From assembly GCA_905331295.1 (NCBI GenBank), contig CAJNYD010000375.1:1-64000 (forward strand): 64,000 bases of DNA, read 5' to 3'. The notes under the pieces were generated by a model. It was not told the origin of the DNA and ran no database searches. It was given only the letters and a program-made list of their open reading frames with translations. The stretch comes from Rotaria socialis (lineage: Eukaryota). The first letter of the stretch is position 1; every line of letters starts with the position of its first letter. A program made the translations under genes and the position numbers. Positions 1 through 12,333 of the stretch are shown one piece after another.

Positions 1-80
1 GTGGACTCAAGCTCTAAAATAAGGTATTCGTGTGAGAAAAAAAAGGATTAAAATCTTCATCTGTTTATTGTAGGTGGTAG
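1..80 (+). CDS. Possible 3' end of a gene entering from the left, with a 50-nt GT-AG intron at 24-73
   Basis: There is an AAG|gtattc donor and a tttattgtag acceptor. Either frame (WTQALK* or VDSSSKIR|W*) ends here. The fragment is too short to identify. Confidence 0.3.
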
Positions 81-930
81 AAGTAACGAATGTAATAGTA
101 GCATAAACTAGTTGCTAGCTTCTGTAGCGGTAGCATACTCTCGTTGTTAATGTCTGTAATAATAAAAAATATATAATACTGTCGTAACTATGGGCTATAA
201 TAATAAAAACGACAGATTTTGATGATTAATTAGAGATTAAATCCTAATTATCTTGATTTCTAATTAGTGAAATTAGATTTTAATTACTGATATGAGTAGT
301 GGCGAACATAGCCAATCGATTTGTACAAAAATTTGATCTAATTAGTGCACCGAAGTGTTAGTTTTTTCATGTTTTATGTCTGTAATGGGGAGGAAGGGGG
401 TGGGGTACAGGGGAGCCGCAAAAACCTAACAATTCAGCTTACACACTATTTTCTTCGAAAATATATGTGAGTTCCACAAAACTTGCCATAGATATCTGAA
501 AAATAAAACGATTCAAATAAACATATTTCATAAAACAAATGATTTATTGATTAGTCTAAAAGTCTCGTATTAATGTTCACATAAAGTTATGAAATAAATT
601 CATATTTATGTTTTCTTTTATGCTGAAGAATATAGAATAGAGTTCAAATATGAAAATAAAATTCTATTGAAGAAAGTAAGAATAACTTTCTATAGTTTAC
701 TCGTGTTATTGGAGACTAAAGGTTAATTTAAAACAATAAGATACTCATATGAATTAAGATCGTCAAGAAGAAAGAGACATCTTATTTATGATGACATAAT
801 AAGTATTGAAGTTTTCTATTGGTAATTAATCTACTGTTTATTTAAATTACAATTTTTTTAAAGCTTTTATACTAGAATAATTCTTTCCAAATGATTATGA
901 CTTTTATTGTCAACAATAATCACAATCAAA

Positions 931-3141
931 TTAACTTCTTCGTCTTTTTTTCGAATCTTGATGACGTTTTCTACTATGACTACGACTGGATCGACGTTTT
1001 TTCCGAGATGATGATCGATGTTTATGTTTCTTGTGTTTCTTTTTATCTTTATCAAGTCTATAAATAAAAAAACGATTTATTTTGTTTGTGAATAAATGAT
1101 TTTAAAAATATTAATTTACTCAGATTGATTCGAGTTCGATTGATGATTTATTTGTTCAATAAATTTCATTCCAGTATCGATCATATCACGAGCAATCTAC
1201 ATAAAGCTTATATTCAACTTTCATGGAAAATCAAGAAAAAATTACATCATAAAAATCTCGATTTGTTGTTCGAGTTACGTATTTCGGTCGACGTCGTTTT
1301 TGATCTCGTAATTCAACCGATTTATTCGATTGTTGCGAAATATTTGGTTCTATAACAATAATAATAAAAAGAAGAATATCAATAGTCCAATTTAACAAAA
1401 TAGAAAAAGTCTAACCTCGTAACATAGTCGTTTGATTATCAAAGTTAGAATGTGATGTAGATGGCACAATACCCAAACTCAAAGCTTCATCATACACTGC
1501 TTGAGCAATTAAAGATCGTTCGGAAGGTGAAAATAAAATGGTTGTTTGTTCAGTGCTTAATGGAAGATCTTGTGAAAGAAAACAACAAATATTTTCTATT
1601 GCAATAGTTCTTTGCAACATGTCTAATCGGTTTTTATCTACTGAAAAGTAATTAGTTTATTAAAAATATTTTTTTAACAGCTCATGAAAACGATGTTTAT
1701 AAGAATGATTAAACTAAAAGATATTAGTTGAAACACTTGCATACTTTTTTAGATAGTTGAATGATATTGACGTTTATCGAAAGCAATCAACTATTACTAT
1801 TGGAATTGGGTGTTACTACATGTAATTTTATATTTAGAGTTTTTTTTATCTAACGTCGTTCCAGCGGTGTCCAAGAACTGAGAAATAGGAATTCCTAATC
1901 TACCGAGGAATTGTCACTGCCGCTGTGATAATTCTTAGAGAAAATGGGAATCAATCATTGGTTCCCTCACAGTTCTATCATTCACGAAAGTCGCGATATT
2001 ACTTTTTTTTAAATAATTTGTGCACGGAACTATTGATTCTCACAATTTTGTAGATGAAAATGAGTGTAAGAGCAAATATTATTGTGAATATTCCATATTT
2101 TTACCTTTAGCATGCAATGAACTGTCGGGGAACTGAGGTGGAATCCTTAATTCTCAGTCATTGGACACCCCTCTGAAAAGAAAGGTAATATGTAATTAAT
2201 CAAAAAGATGATTCTTTTCGATAGAGAAGAAAAATAGTAGTCAGAGAAGATACGCTCGAATGATGACCGAAAGGTACTGAATGAATGAATATAGGTATAT
2301 TTCAGTGAAGAGAGATATACTCTACTCGTCTCTAATGATATACAAAAAGAGAAGCTAATCGATTATTTTTTAAACGAAGAATAATTTTAGAAAAACAGTG
2401 CATCAAGAGACTTTCTCATAGTTTAGCAGTTTGAATCACGAAACAATGTTGGACTACCTGAAAAACTTCATACAGAAAACCTTTCTTTACATTCGTCAAA
2501 ATTTTGCTCTTACTAAACTAACTTTAAAATAGCAACAGATCAATTACAAATGCTTACTGAGAAAGAAGATGTAATTTCAATTCTATCTGATTAGTTTTTA
2601 CTCTCTGTAGCAATCTAAGGAGTGAACAAAAAACAAATTGGCTAAACACACAGTGCAATGACTGTCGCAACATAGTTTGTTACGGTAATTGAAAGATTAT
2701 TTTTACTATTTGTAATTGCTATAGGTCGATGAAGAATATTACTGAGCGTTGATGGAGTAAATGAGATACTAGATTGATTGAACAATTGTTTTTCTTTTTC
2801 ACATTCAGCTAATTCTTTCTACATATAAATACATAATTAACAAATCTTTTCTTAAAATAAAAATAAATTCTGCTTACTAGATATTCTTTTGAGAAACCTT
2901 CTTTTTTCAATTGACATTTTTCTACATGTTTTGATCCTATTGGAAATCGATGCCCTGGTTCAATTGAGCATTGAATCAGAGTTTCTTGCTAAAATGATCG
3001 TTTCCTTTTTTCATCTCTCAGATTTACTGTGAACACGCATACTTCTTTCAATAAATGATCTTCGGTCCAATGAAGTTTATTTAATAATTCATAAAATTTT
3101 TGTTTTTCTACGTTATAAAATACTGTCTGATCATCAGTCAT
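931..3141 (-). CDS. SNRNP48: U11/U12 snRNP 48 kDa protein-like (CHHC zinc finger, RS/K-rich tail), 7 exons
   Basis: Spliced translation: MTDDQ...LNKLHWTEDHLLKE|QETLIQCSIEPGHRFPIGSKHVEKCQLKKEGFSKEYL|...|...ERSLIAQAVYDEA...|...ELRDQKRRRPKYVTRTTNRDFYD|IARDMIDTGMKFIEQ...|...KKHKKHKHRSSSRKKRRSSRSHSRKR*. This matches the U11-48K CHHC finger (human CPYDSNHHMPKSSLAKHMASCRLRKMGY), the RDYKRRRQSYR...IRDVI block and the RS tail. The N-terminal exons are missed by the ORF track. Confidence 0.8.
1862..2175. mobile_element. Degenerate MITE (hAT-like ends) in the long SNRNP48 intron
   Basis: Imperfect terminal inverted repeats of about 35 bp: left cagcggtgtccaagaactgagaaataggaattcc; right (reverse complement) cagaggggtgtccaatgactgagaattaaggattcc. 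No coding capacity and no clear TSD. Confidence 0.65.
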
Positions 3142-3415
3142 TTATCTAAATAGATAATTTTAAAAAAAGAAGATTTGACTTTATACTGCTACAATTTCGA
3201 AACGTCATATTTGAATAAAAGAGATAAACGCGATCTTATGCGCACACAGAAATATATAGAGCAGATAAATGACAAAAAGAAAAGGAAAGAATTTTGCATT
3301 ATGATACCTGATTATAAGATCAACACAGCAAACGGTAATAGTTATATGTAACAAACTTTCTGTACGCTTTTAATAGAACAAAAATTTGAAATTATCATAA
3401 ACAAAGAAAAAAAAT

Positions 3416-5149
3416 CTAATGTTCATTATCTTGCTCTACTGGAATAGGTGTTTGCACTGGACGGCAGCGTTTTTTCATTTTTCTTTTTGGCAATTGAATG
3501 GACCCATTAAATAATTGTTGTAAATTTCTCCAAGCAGTTAATGATACATTTTCTTGTGCGCGTATTACTGATGATGCATGAGCACGAAATTTTGCAAGAA
3601 TTCTATCATCTGTTGATAAGGTTAATATTGTTTCATATTGCTCATTATTTGTAATCAATTGATCATCATATTGAATATCAAGATTTAATTTTTGGCATGC
3701 ATTTATCAATTGTTGTTTTATTGTTATTGGCGATTGATGATCTATTGTCTTTTTGTCATGTTCAACTAGTTCATCTTCAATAAAATGAACATGTTTTTTT
3801 TCATGCTGTTTATTTACATTTTCATCACGCTTCAGTAAACTTTTTATTGGCCCTACTGGTAAAGATGTAGGTGTTGCAACATCAATTGATCCTAACAGAT
3901 TAGGATTTAATTTTGAAAGTAAATTTACAGCAGCTGATTTTTTAGCTATTTGCTTATTTTTACCATAACCATCAGCCGAATCATCATCACCAAATTTAAC
4001 ATGAAAATGAAAATTTTTATCATCATTTTCATTTTTTAATTCATTAAATTCAATTTTAATATCACGTGCTCGCCCTATTTGATAAAGGCGTGTTATCGGA
4101 TTGATTTGTTCGGTTAAACTATAGCTAACTGAACCTTTTTGTTCAATAAATTTTTTATGTTGGTTGCTATGTTTACGGATATGTTTTTGTTTATCCATTT
4201 CTGATGGTAACGGTAAAATTTCTAACATTTGTTCAGCAGCTATTTGTTTAGCAGCATGTTTCGTTGAACCCGTACCCGTTGTTGAATATTGTTCACCGAT
4301 AAGGTATGTTATTGTTAGTGGTTCATTATATTTAATTTGAACTGAAAGACCAAGTTGTTTAGCACGTTCATACATTATTGAAATTGGTGATTTTGATTGA
4401 ATCTAAAAAGATAAATTTAACATGATTGTTTTTGTCTGTTACTAAACAAATGAAAAGAACTTTACCTGGGTTTGTATCGATGAAAGTGACATTAAAATAG
4501 ATTTTTCATTATCACGTATAAAATTTAAAGCATGATAAGCACAATTTATTCGAGCTAGTTGATGTGATAGATCATGTCCATCAAAATGAAGATCTTGTCC
4601 CAGATAAAGACGATAATAAAACATAATACAAGGAAAATTCGATGAAACATTATTTGGTGTAGTAACACTATGCTGATTCAATAGAACGTATTGTATTGGA
4701 ATATGGTTTTGAGCAGCCCAGGTGTTTAATGTAACTGTCGGATGTTTTGACACTTGATAGAAGAAATTCGAAATAAAAAGATTTTGAATTTAAATTAGAA
4801 AAGAATGAAAGTTTAACATACAGTTAATTCCTTTGTCAGATTTATCTTTTAATAATAAATGTGTTTGATCGTTCAAAGCGATTTGTGCAGCAGCACGTTG
4901 TGCTAATTTAATACTACGATCACTACCAACATATTCTTTATCTCCCAGTCGAAGTCTTACACAATAAAATTTGGCATGAGCTGGGCCTGATTCTTTTTCA
5001 AGTTGATATTCAGCAACTATCTAATTTTCATCATTAACGATAAGGTAATTTAACACTTTTGTCTCCAATTAAAAATTGCTTACTTTATTTTCTCGAGCCA
5101 AATTATTAATGGCTTTTAATGGAGATATTTTCAATTGATCTTGCTGCAT
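3416..5149 (-). CDS. stau: Staufen-like dsRNA-binding protein with five dsRBDs, 4 exons
   Basis: dsRBD1: ISPLKAINNLAREN|KIVAEYQLEKESGPAHAKFY...SIKLAQRAAA. Split dsRBD2: HPTVTLNTWA. dsRBD3: KSPISIMYERAK...GTGSTKHAAKQIAAEQML. dsRBD4: INPITRLYQI...GYGKNKQIAKKSAA. Then KSLLK...KHVHF, followed by dsRBD5 (TIKQQL...). The domain order matches Staufen. Confidence 0.82.
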
Positions 5150-6708
5150 TTATTTTATTTATGCTAGGATGGAATATGTACACAGGATAATAGTTAGAAT
5201 ATGAAAATTTGTTGTTTGAATGTTCTATGCTATCACATTGTAATTCGCCTTTTATACTATTCAGTTATACAAATAAATAAACACTCACCGACGGATAGTA
5301 AGACAACGAAATACTATCGATCGAGTGGTAAAAAAAATATATATCAAATATGAATAAGAAACGTGAAATACTTCTATTTCCCTTCCCTTCTCGCTCTTTC
5401 TATCGTCATTCAGTCAGTATTATATGATTAAAAACTTATGGATTGACTTATACACCATTGAAAAATAATTCGAAAGATGGTGTAGCCATACGATATGCGT
5501 ATTTTAACTGAAAAATTATAATAGGTGGGATTTGAAAAAAAATATGAGCATGAATTTTACTTGGTTATATTTTTATGTCTTAACATCGATTAGCATATAA
5601 ATTCATAAGATATTTGTTTTCTTGATCTAGTTTGAAGAAATAATATGTATCAAAAATCAATCAATAAATGTTTGCAACGTATATCCTTTTATTTTTAAAT
5701 AAAACAGCAGATCAATGTTTGTGTAGTTATGCATGTAAAGACAACAAAATATTTTTCATATTTAATGTACCTACTTTGAAAAAGTCATTCATTGATTTTT
5801 TTTTCATTTATTTGGATCTATGTAAGAGCACTAGTTGCTTGCACGTGAAATATGTTATCGTATTCATCTCCTATAGAATATATGTAGATATATATATATT
5901 AACATTAATTTAAATTCTAGTCATTTAGTAGAATTGTAAATATAGTGATTAAGATATATGACCAAAGATATACGAAGTTACAAGTTAACATTAGTAGAAG
6001 TTATGCAAGTGGATATTTGATAAATGTACTTATATCCTGATCTTGGGATCCTTGCACGACCCTTGAATATTAATGTTATAAATCTATATCGATGCTATCT
6101 GACAAGATGTGCCAAATTTTTTGCGACGAGACATTTACGCAAAGACAACTACATGTCTTCAACTTTTCTACATATCGTATAACGTTCTACAAAACATGTC
6201 TAATATAAGTGTATCAGTGATATAATTTATTCATCCTAGAATCTACACGTTTCTATCATATATATATATATGTATATATCAACGAGTATTCAAATCATAA
6301 TACCATAAATACAGAAGTAGATTTATCTTTGCTATCATCAATAGTGTGATATCATGCATTGATAATAGAGAATGTTATACCTGTGTCATACAGGTCGTTG
6401 TTCGTTTCTTTCAAACTTACACAGAATGATTGTTTGTTTATTTTTTGCTATACTAATGAAAGTGTCAATAAAGATATTCTGTTAAGCAAGATAGATTATT
6501 AGTGACGAGAATATCTAATTCAAGTTTATGCAAGGAAAGATGAATGATTCCAGTGTACAGTACACATTTCACAACCGTTTTACCATGAAAGTGTCAACAG
6601 GTAATGCCAAAAGGTTTTATATTCTTTAGGAACAAAAGTAGTCTGTAAATCTGATGATCGAAAAATACAGAAAAGTAACATAAATAAATCCATCGTAGAT
6701 AGATCATA

Positions 6709-7221
6709 TTAAAGTTTTGTTTCTGCTAAACCACATCGTCGACATGCAGATTCAGTAATTTTATTTTCTGCAGTACAATTAGTGCATCTCCATATAATTC
6801 TATGCGTATTTTTGACTCGATCATTCATGGATTCGGCTACGGATATTGATGATAGTGGTATATTTCTATCAAGAAATGTAGGTTTAAGATAATTTTGATC
6901 TACCATAGTATCAGTTGATTCTGTAGTTGGCATCGATTCTTGATCTTCATAATCATATTCATCGGGTGCTGGTAAATTGTTTTGTGATTGTTTAGTTTTT
7001 TTTCTTCGAAAGATTCTTTTAATTGATTCATCAAATGATAAAAGATCATTGTGTAATTGATGCATGGATGCATCATTTTCAATCGCTTCACCACCAAAAT
7101 ACTTTGCAGGTAACTTACTCACTTCAGCAACGACTTCGTCAGTTGTTACAGCATTTGCAGCGGTACCAAAAACTAGATCGTTGATATTCCAATTTTCATT
7201 GCCAGATTGCATATTCCCCAT
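6709..7221 (-). CDS. Single-exon 170-aa protein with a C-terminal RanBP2-type zinc finger and a possible N-myristoylation motif
   Basis: WRCTNCTAENKITESACRRC fits W-x-C-x2-C-x3-N-x6-C-x2-C. The N-terminus is MGNMQS (MGxxxS). Confidence 0.75.
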   Translation of the reverse strand: MGNMQSGNENWNINDLVFGTAANAVTTDEVVAEVSKLPAKYFGGEAIENDASMHQLHNDLLSFDESIKRIFRRKKTKQSQNNLPAPDEYDYEDQESMPTTESTDTMVDQNYLKPTFLDRNIPLSSISVAESMNDRVKNTHRIIWRCTNCTAENKITESACRRCGLAETKL

Positions 7222-7665
7222 GATTGATTACGATAGAGGAAGCCAATAAGAAAACAAAATATTAAATAGAAAATACAAATGCAAAAGCTGTTTTTTGCCA
7301 CCTTTTACTATATTTTTTCATGTATTCATTGAAGCGAAAAATCATGCCTACGATTGACTAGCTATTTTATTGGTTGATAACTTTCATAGAAACTGATGAA
7401 TACTTGTATCGAATATATATATATAACGATAATGTACCAAAATAAAAACAAAACCAACAACATCCACCAGAACAACAAAAAAAATGTCATATCGAATATA
7501 CAGTTAAAAAGACTGAGCGTTTGATACATTCATATAAAGAACACATAAACGAACTGACGAAAAATTGAATGAATACTGACCAGCAAAGGAGACAAATAAG
7601 TTTAATTGACATTTATTCTATTTTGTTCACATCACTGTTAATTTAATTAAATGCGAAAGTTGACT

Positions 7666-8358
7666 TTATGAACAACAACATAGAATTCCTGTACGTTTCA
7701 ATGTTGTTGGAGTAAGTGCAGCTAAAATAGCCGTATCGAATGTTTCTTTAAGATTTTCTTGTGTTAATGCCGAACATTCTATATATGCATATGCTCCATA
7801 GTCTTTAGCTGCACGTTCACCTTGTTCACGTGTTATTGGCTTTTGTTTTGATTTTGCTAATAATTCAACATCAGCTATACTTGTGCGAAGATCTATTTTT
7901 GTTCCGACAAGAACAAATGGTGCTGTACGTGATGATGATGATTGACGAATTTCATCAATCCACATTTTCAGGGCATTATTAAACGATGCTGGAGACATAA
8001 CACTGAAGCAAACAAGAAATACATCAGTATTTGTATAAGAAAATGTACGCATCAATTCAAAGCCTAAAAGTAAAAAAAAATTCACAGCAATATTTTTATT
8101 GAAATTAACTCATTTTTCGTTAAATATCATACCACTTTGACCAGCCGTATCAAAAAGTGCAAGTGTATATGGTTCGCCACTAATCATCACAGTAACAGAA
8201 TAATTATCAAATACAGTTGGAACATAAGATTGTGGAAATGTATTTGTTGTGTATGATATAAGCATTGATGTTTTACCAACACAACCATCGCCTACACAAA
8301 CACATTTTATTGTTTTATTTGTAAAATTACCACCACTTTGATTCGATGTATTAGGCAT
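7666..8358 (-). CDS. Rho-family small GTPase, divergent Cdc42-like; exons 8133-8358 and 7666-8063
   Basis: Motifs [39 protein letters not shown] and IECSALTQ, with a C-terminal CCCS prenylation box. One 69-nt GT-AG intron. Confidence 0.92.
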
Positions 8359-8511
8359 TATCTAAAATGAAAAAAGATGACATTATTCATCAAACATCGG
8401 ACTTTGCATATATACATTTTTTTCTAGCTCTCTTCCTTTCTTTTTCTGCATTTACATGTTGAATGTTTCTGTTAATGATTTACTGGTGTCTATCAATTAC
8501 ATTGGTGGAAT

Positions 8512-8513
<2 letters not shown>

Positions 8514-8543
<30 letters not shown>
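8514..8543. repeat. (GA)n microsatellite upstream of the Rho GTPase gene
   Basis: Run of agagag read directly. Confidence 0.9.
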
Positions 8544-9186
8544 AAACAAGAGATAAGAAAAAATGAAGAATGTAGATGATTTTCAAAATAGAAAGGGGGA
8601 ATATCACATTGAAGTGTGTACAGACATTTATATTGTTAATGTTCTCCATTGATAAAATACCATAAAAACAAAACAACAAAGAAAAACTAAATTATAGTTT
8701 TTTTTATTGACATTGTAATACAAACAATGCTAAATACAAACCAGAGGACGAGACGGTAAACATAGAAATGAATATACGATTAACATTTAGATTCTCTAAG
8801 AATGGGTTAGATTTGAAACTAATGAAGTAATATAATCTCTCATCTAGATTCTAGAATAAGATTACTGAGAAAAATTAAAATTATAACATAGCTGAATCTA
8901 CGAATGACTAATATTAGTTTTTCTTACAAAGTTTTCTAAGAGAAGGACTTGAATTAGATGTTAATTGACAATCATTATTGAATAAACTCATGCATAGTAC
9001 AATGACCTTGTCATATTTGGAACTATTCTCTAAATAATACATACATATTTATTTTAACTAACTGAATCGCAACAATATTAAACAGTGTTCTTCGTTCTAT
9101 TAATCACTTTCAGAAAACGCCTGTTAATACTATTCATGTATACAACTGAAGAGAAACCTTAGAACTCTTTATAATAGAAAATTATT

Positions 9187-9292
9187 ATTGGCTTTGTTCC
9201 TGCGGCTTTGACGGCATCGTTTTTCATTGGTAATCAATGTGCCATTGGTGGTCCTCTGGCGACCTCCGTTTAATTTTCTTTTATTGTATTGG
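9187..9292. promoter_or_regulatory. Candidate bidirectional promoter with four CCAAT (ATTGG) boxes between the divergent Rho GTPase and CTDNEP1 genes
   Basis: ATTGG at 9187, 9226, 9244 and 9288, in a locally GC-richer patch between head-to-head genes. Confidence 0.4.
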
Positions 9293-9915
9293 TTCAATTG
9301 TCTTGTCTGTCAGCTGTATACAGTGAGTCATACACCCAAATGCATTATTATCCATCATGAGACAATTACTATTCTCAATATGAAGTACTCTAAGTGAAAG
9401 CAGGCAAGAACGATTTTGAAAAACTATTGTACTTTGTCTCTTACTAACAAAACATACACAATACCATGATGGTACTTTGAAAAATGATCTAACATTTTTC
9501 TAATTAGTGACATCATATTCTAGGTATATGTGCATGTTTTTCTTGTTTATAGGTTGTACTTGTAGATGCAGCTATAACGTATTTAGCCTAGTTTGTATGT
9601 CTAGGTTTCCGTGGAAATCTATATATTTATTCTTCTCATTTTTTTAGTCTCAGAGAAACATTTTTTCGTAAACTATTTGGAATAGTAACACTCTTATTTT
9701 TCTTCAATCATTCAGTCACATTGTTAATTTGTATTGCTCTTTCATATAAAATAAAGTATTGAAAGATACTTTATCATTAAAAAGAACAGGTCCCTAAAAA
9801 TACTTTGTTTCAGATTCGTAATAAGAACTGTAACTGATTATCATTCACAACTTGAACGTTTATTTTGTGATCATTATCGTAAAATGAAATTACTGGTTTT
9901 TATTTGGTTAAAAAT

Positions 9916-11106
9916 ATGCTCCTAATGCCTTCGTCTACAGTAATTCGAATACAACGAGCCCCATCAATAAATCGAAATAATTATTCAAATACTAATGATG
10001 ATAAAAAACATACGTTAAGCATGTTTCGCTTATTTATTCATCTGCTTGATTATATTTATCTATTTAATATAAATATATTTCTTCATGTATTATTACTTCT
10101 TAAACGAATATTTAAATTTTTTTCTGGCTTTTTAAGTTTTGTTTTTGTTTCATTGTGTGGATCAAGGAAAAAAGTAAGAATATTCAAATTTTCTTAGATA
10201 GCTAAAAAAAAATAGTTGATTATTTAGCTTATCCAATTTCAATCAGTTAAATACTATACTTGTCCTCTTCAACCCTTATCACTTCATCGATTGCGTATGT
10301 TTAGTTTTTTGTTGTAATATATGCATGCTATAAATATTGTTTTTTTTCTCTTTGAAAGATTTTCTTCCAAGGAAAATTCTGGTATTAGATTTAGACGAAA
10401 CCTTAATTCATTCTCATCATGATGGTTTAATACGTGCTGTAACAGGGAAACCAGTAGGGCCACCAGATTTTATAATACCTGTCGAAATTGAAAAACATCC
10501 TGTACGATTTTTTGTTTACAAACGACCACATGTTGATTATTTTCTTGAAATCGTAAGAGAATGGCTTACTCGAATCAGTATGTTTTTCATTGTGTTTATC
10601 TAATTATTTTAGGTTAGTAAATGGTATGAGCTTGTTGTATTTACTGCATCCATGGAAATTTATGGCGCAGCAGTTACCGATAAACTAGATAATAATCGAA
10701 ATATTCTTTCTCGGCGATTTTTTCGACAACATTGTACATTAGAATCTGGCACATATTCAAAGGATTTATGCGTTGTTAATAATGATTTATCACGAATATT
10801 TATTTTGGATAATAGTCCTGTAGCTTATCGTTCTTATCTATTTAATGCCATTCCTAGTAAATGAAAATTTCTTTTTTTAAATTTCGCTAACACAAAATCT
10901 TTCGCGACTACTCTTTTCTAGTTAAATCATGGTTTTTTGATCCAACAGATACTTGTCTTTTATCATTACTTCCATTTCTTGATGCATTAAGATTTTGTCG
11001 TGATGTACGTTCTGTATTAGCAATGAACTTACATTTACATCGAAATTTAACAATGACAAATCCGAATTCATTGATCACACAAGTTTTGCCATCATCGACA
11101 TCATAA
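9916..11106 (+). CDS. CTDNEP1: CTD nuclear envelope phosphatase 1 (dullard), HAD/FCP1 family, 5 exons
   Basis: Hydrophobic N-terminal segment, then [40 protein letters not shown] (DxDxT), [37 protein letters not shown] and [13 protein letters not shown]. Confidence 0.95.
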
Positions 11107-11557
11107 TTATATTTCAAATTTTGTTTTTCGATACTGTTGATTGTTTTCTTTTTGTTGTTGTCCGTTTCTTTCTTTTTGTATTTATTGTGTATTGCTTCGT
11201 ATATGTATGTTTGTATGTGTCTCATGAGAACGAAAAGAAAAACGAAAAGGCCGGCTACGTAGCCAGGCAGAACAAGTTACTTTTGTTATTCTATACATGT
11301 TCTCTTATGCTATAACGCCAATGAAGAAACAGAGAGTAGTGACAAGCTCGTATCCTTCGCCTTTTCTATACATTGCACATGATTTACTGAGTAAATTTGC
11401 ATACAATACGTCTTTTGTCGTTATTCTCTTTCTCTCTTTTGTGTATGTGGGGTGAAGACGAAACGAAGGTATTCAATCTCGTCTATTCTATTCGTCACCA
11501 ATAAGTATTAGTTGTGTGCTCACGCATTTTTTTGTTGGAAGAATCGATCGAAACACA

Positions 11558-12333
11558 ATGATAAAAAAAGAGAAGGAACTTGATATGATGTCAAAAACGA
11601 ATGATCAAACAAAGTCTGGCCACGTCAAACAAAGTAAAAATACTAAAGCAAAAAAAATTTACTTCAAAATTCAGTAGTCACACTTTGCTCTATTTTATAG
11701 TTTGTCAACATTTTTTAGCACATGCTGATTCAGGTTTAGCTCATCGATTGCAAGAAGAAGAATGTAAGCTTGATGATTATTTTAATTATTTTAATGTTGA
11801 TCTAAGATGATAGTTGCTGTACATTTTGATCGAAATCGTACACATCGACATGAATCACGTCTGGGTGTCAAAACTGCTCGTGGTGTCGAAGAAGAAGAAA
11901 AAAAAGAATATTTTGCAAAACAATTAGATTTTTACCAACAAAAACACAAAATGTTAGTGTTTATTTTGTAGTCTTATGTAAAAACTTGTTTTTATTCTTT
12001 GTTTTTTGCTAAAAATGATAGAGAAGAAAATGATATTGCATTAGCACGAAAGTTACAAGAAGAAATGAAAATTAAATCAAACTCCGTCGATCGTACTGAT
12101 CATAATTCTCATCATGATTCTTTTAATGATCAGGTATTTAAAAAACATTATGAATCATACTTATCTTATTATTATTTTTTTAACTATGATAGAATCCTTA
12201 TGAAGAAATCGATGACTCAACAGCATTTGATGATATAAGTAGTGATGAACAACTAGCACGAATTTTACAAGAAGAAGAACAATTATTAGCATCTGCAAAT
12301 GTTCATTCGCATGTTAATCCAAAATTTAGATGA
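11558..12333 (+). CDS. CCDC50: CCDC50 (Ymer)-like coiled-coil protein with MIU-type ubiquitin-binding motifs, 5 exons
   Basis: GHVKQ|ICQHFLAHADSGLAHRLQEEE|FAVHFDRNR...VKTARGVEEEE resembles the CCDC50 N-terminal domain. MIU-like motifs DIALARKLQEE and DEQLARILQEEE follow. Confidence 0.72.
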
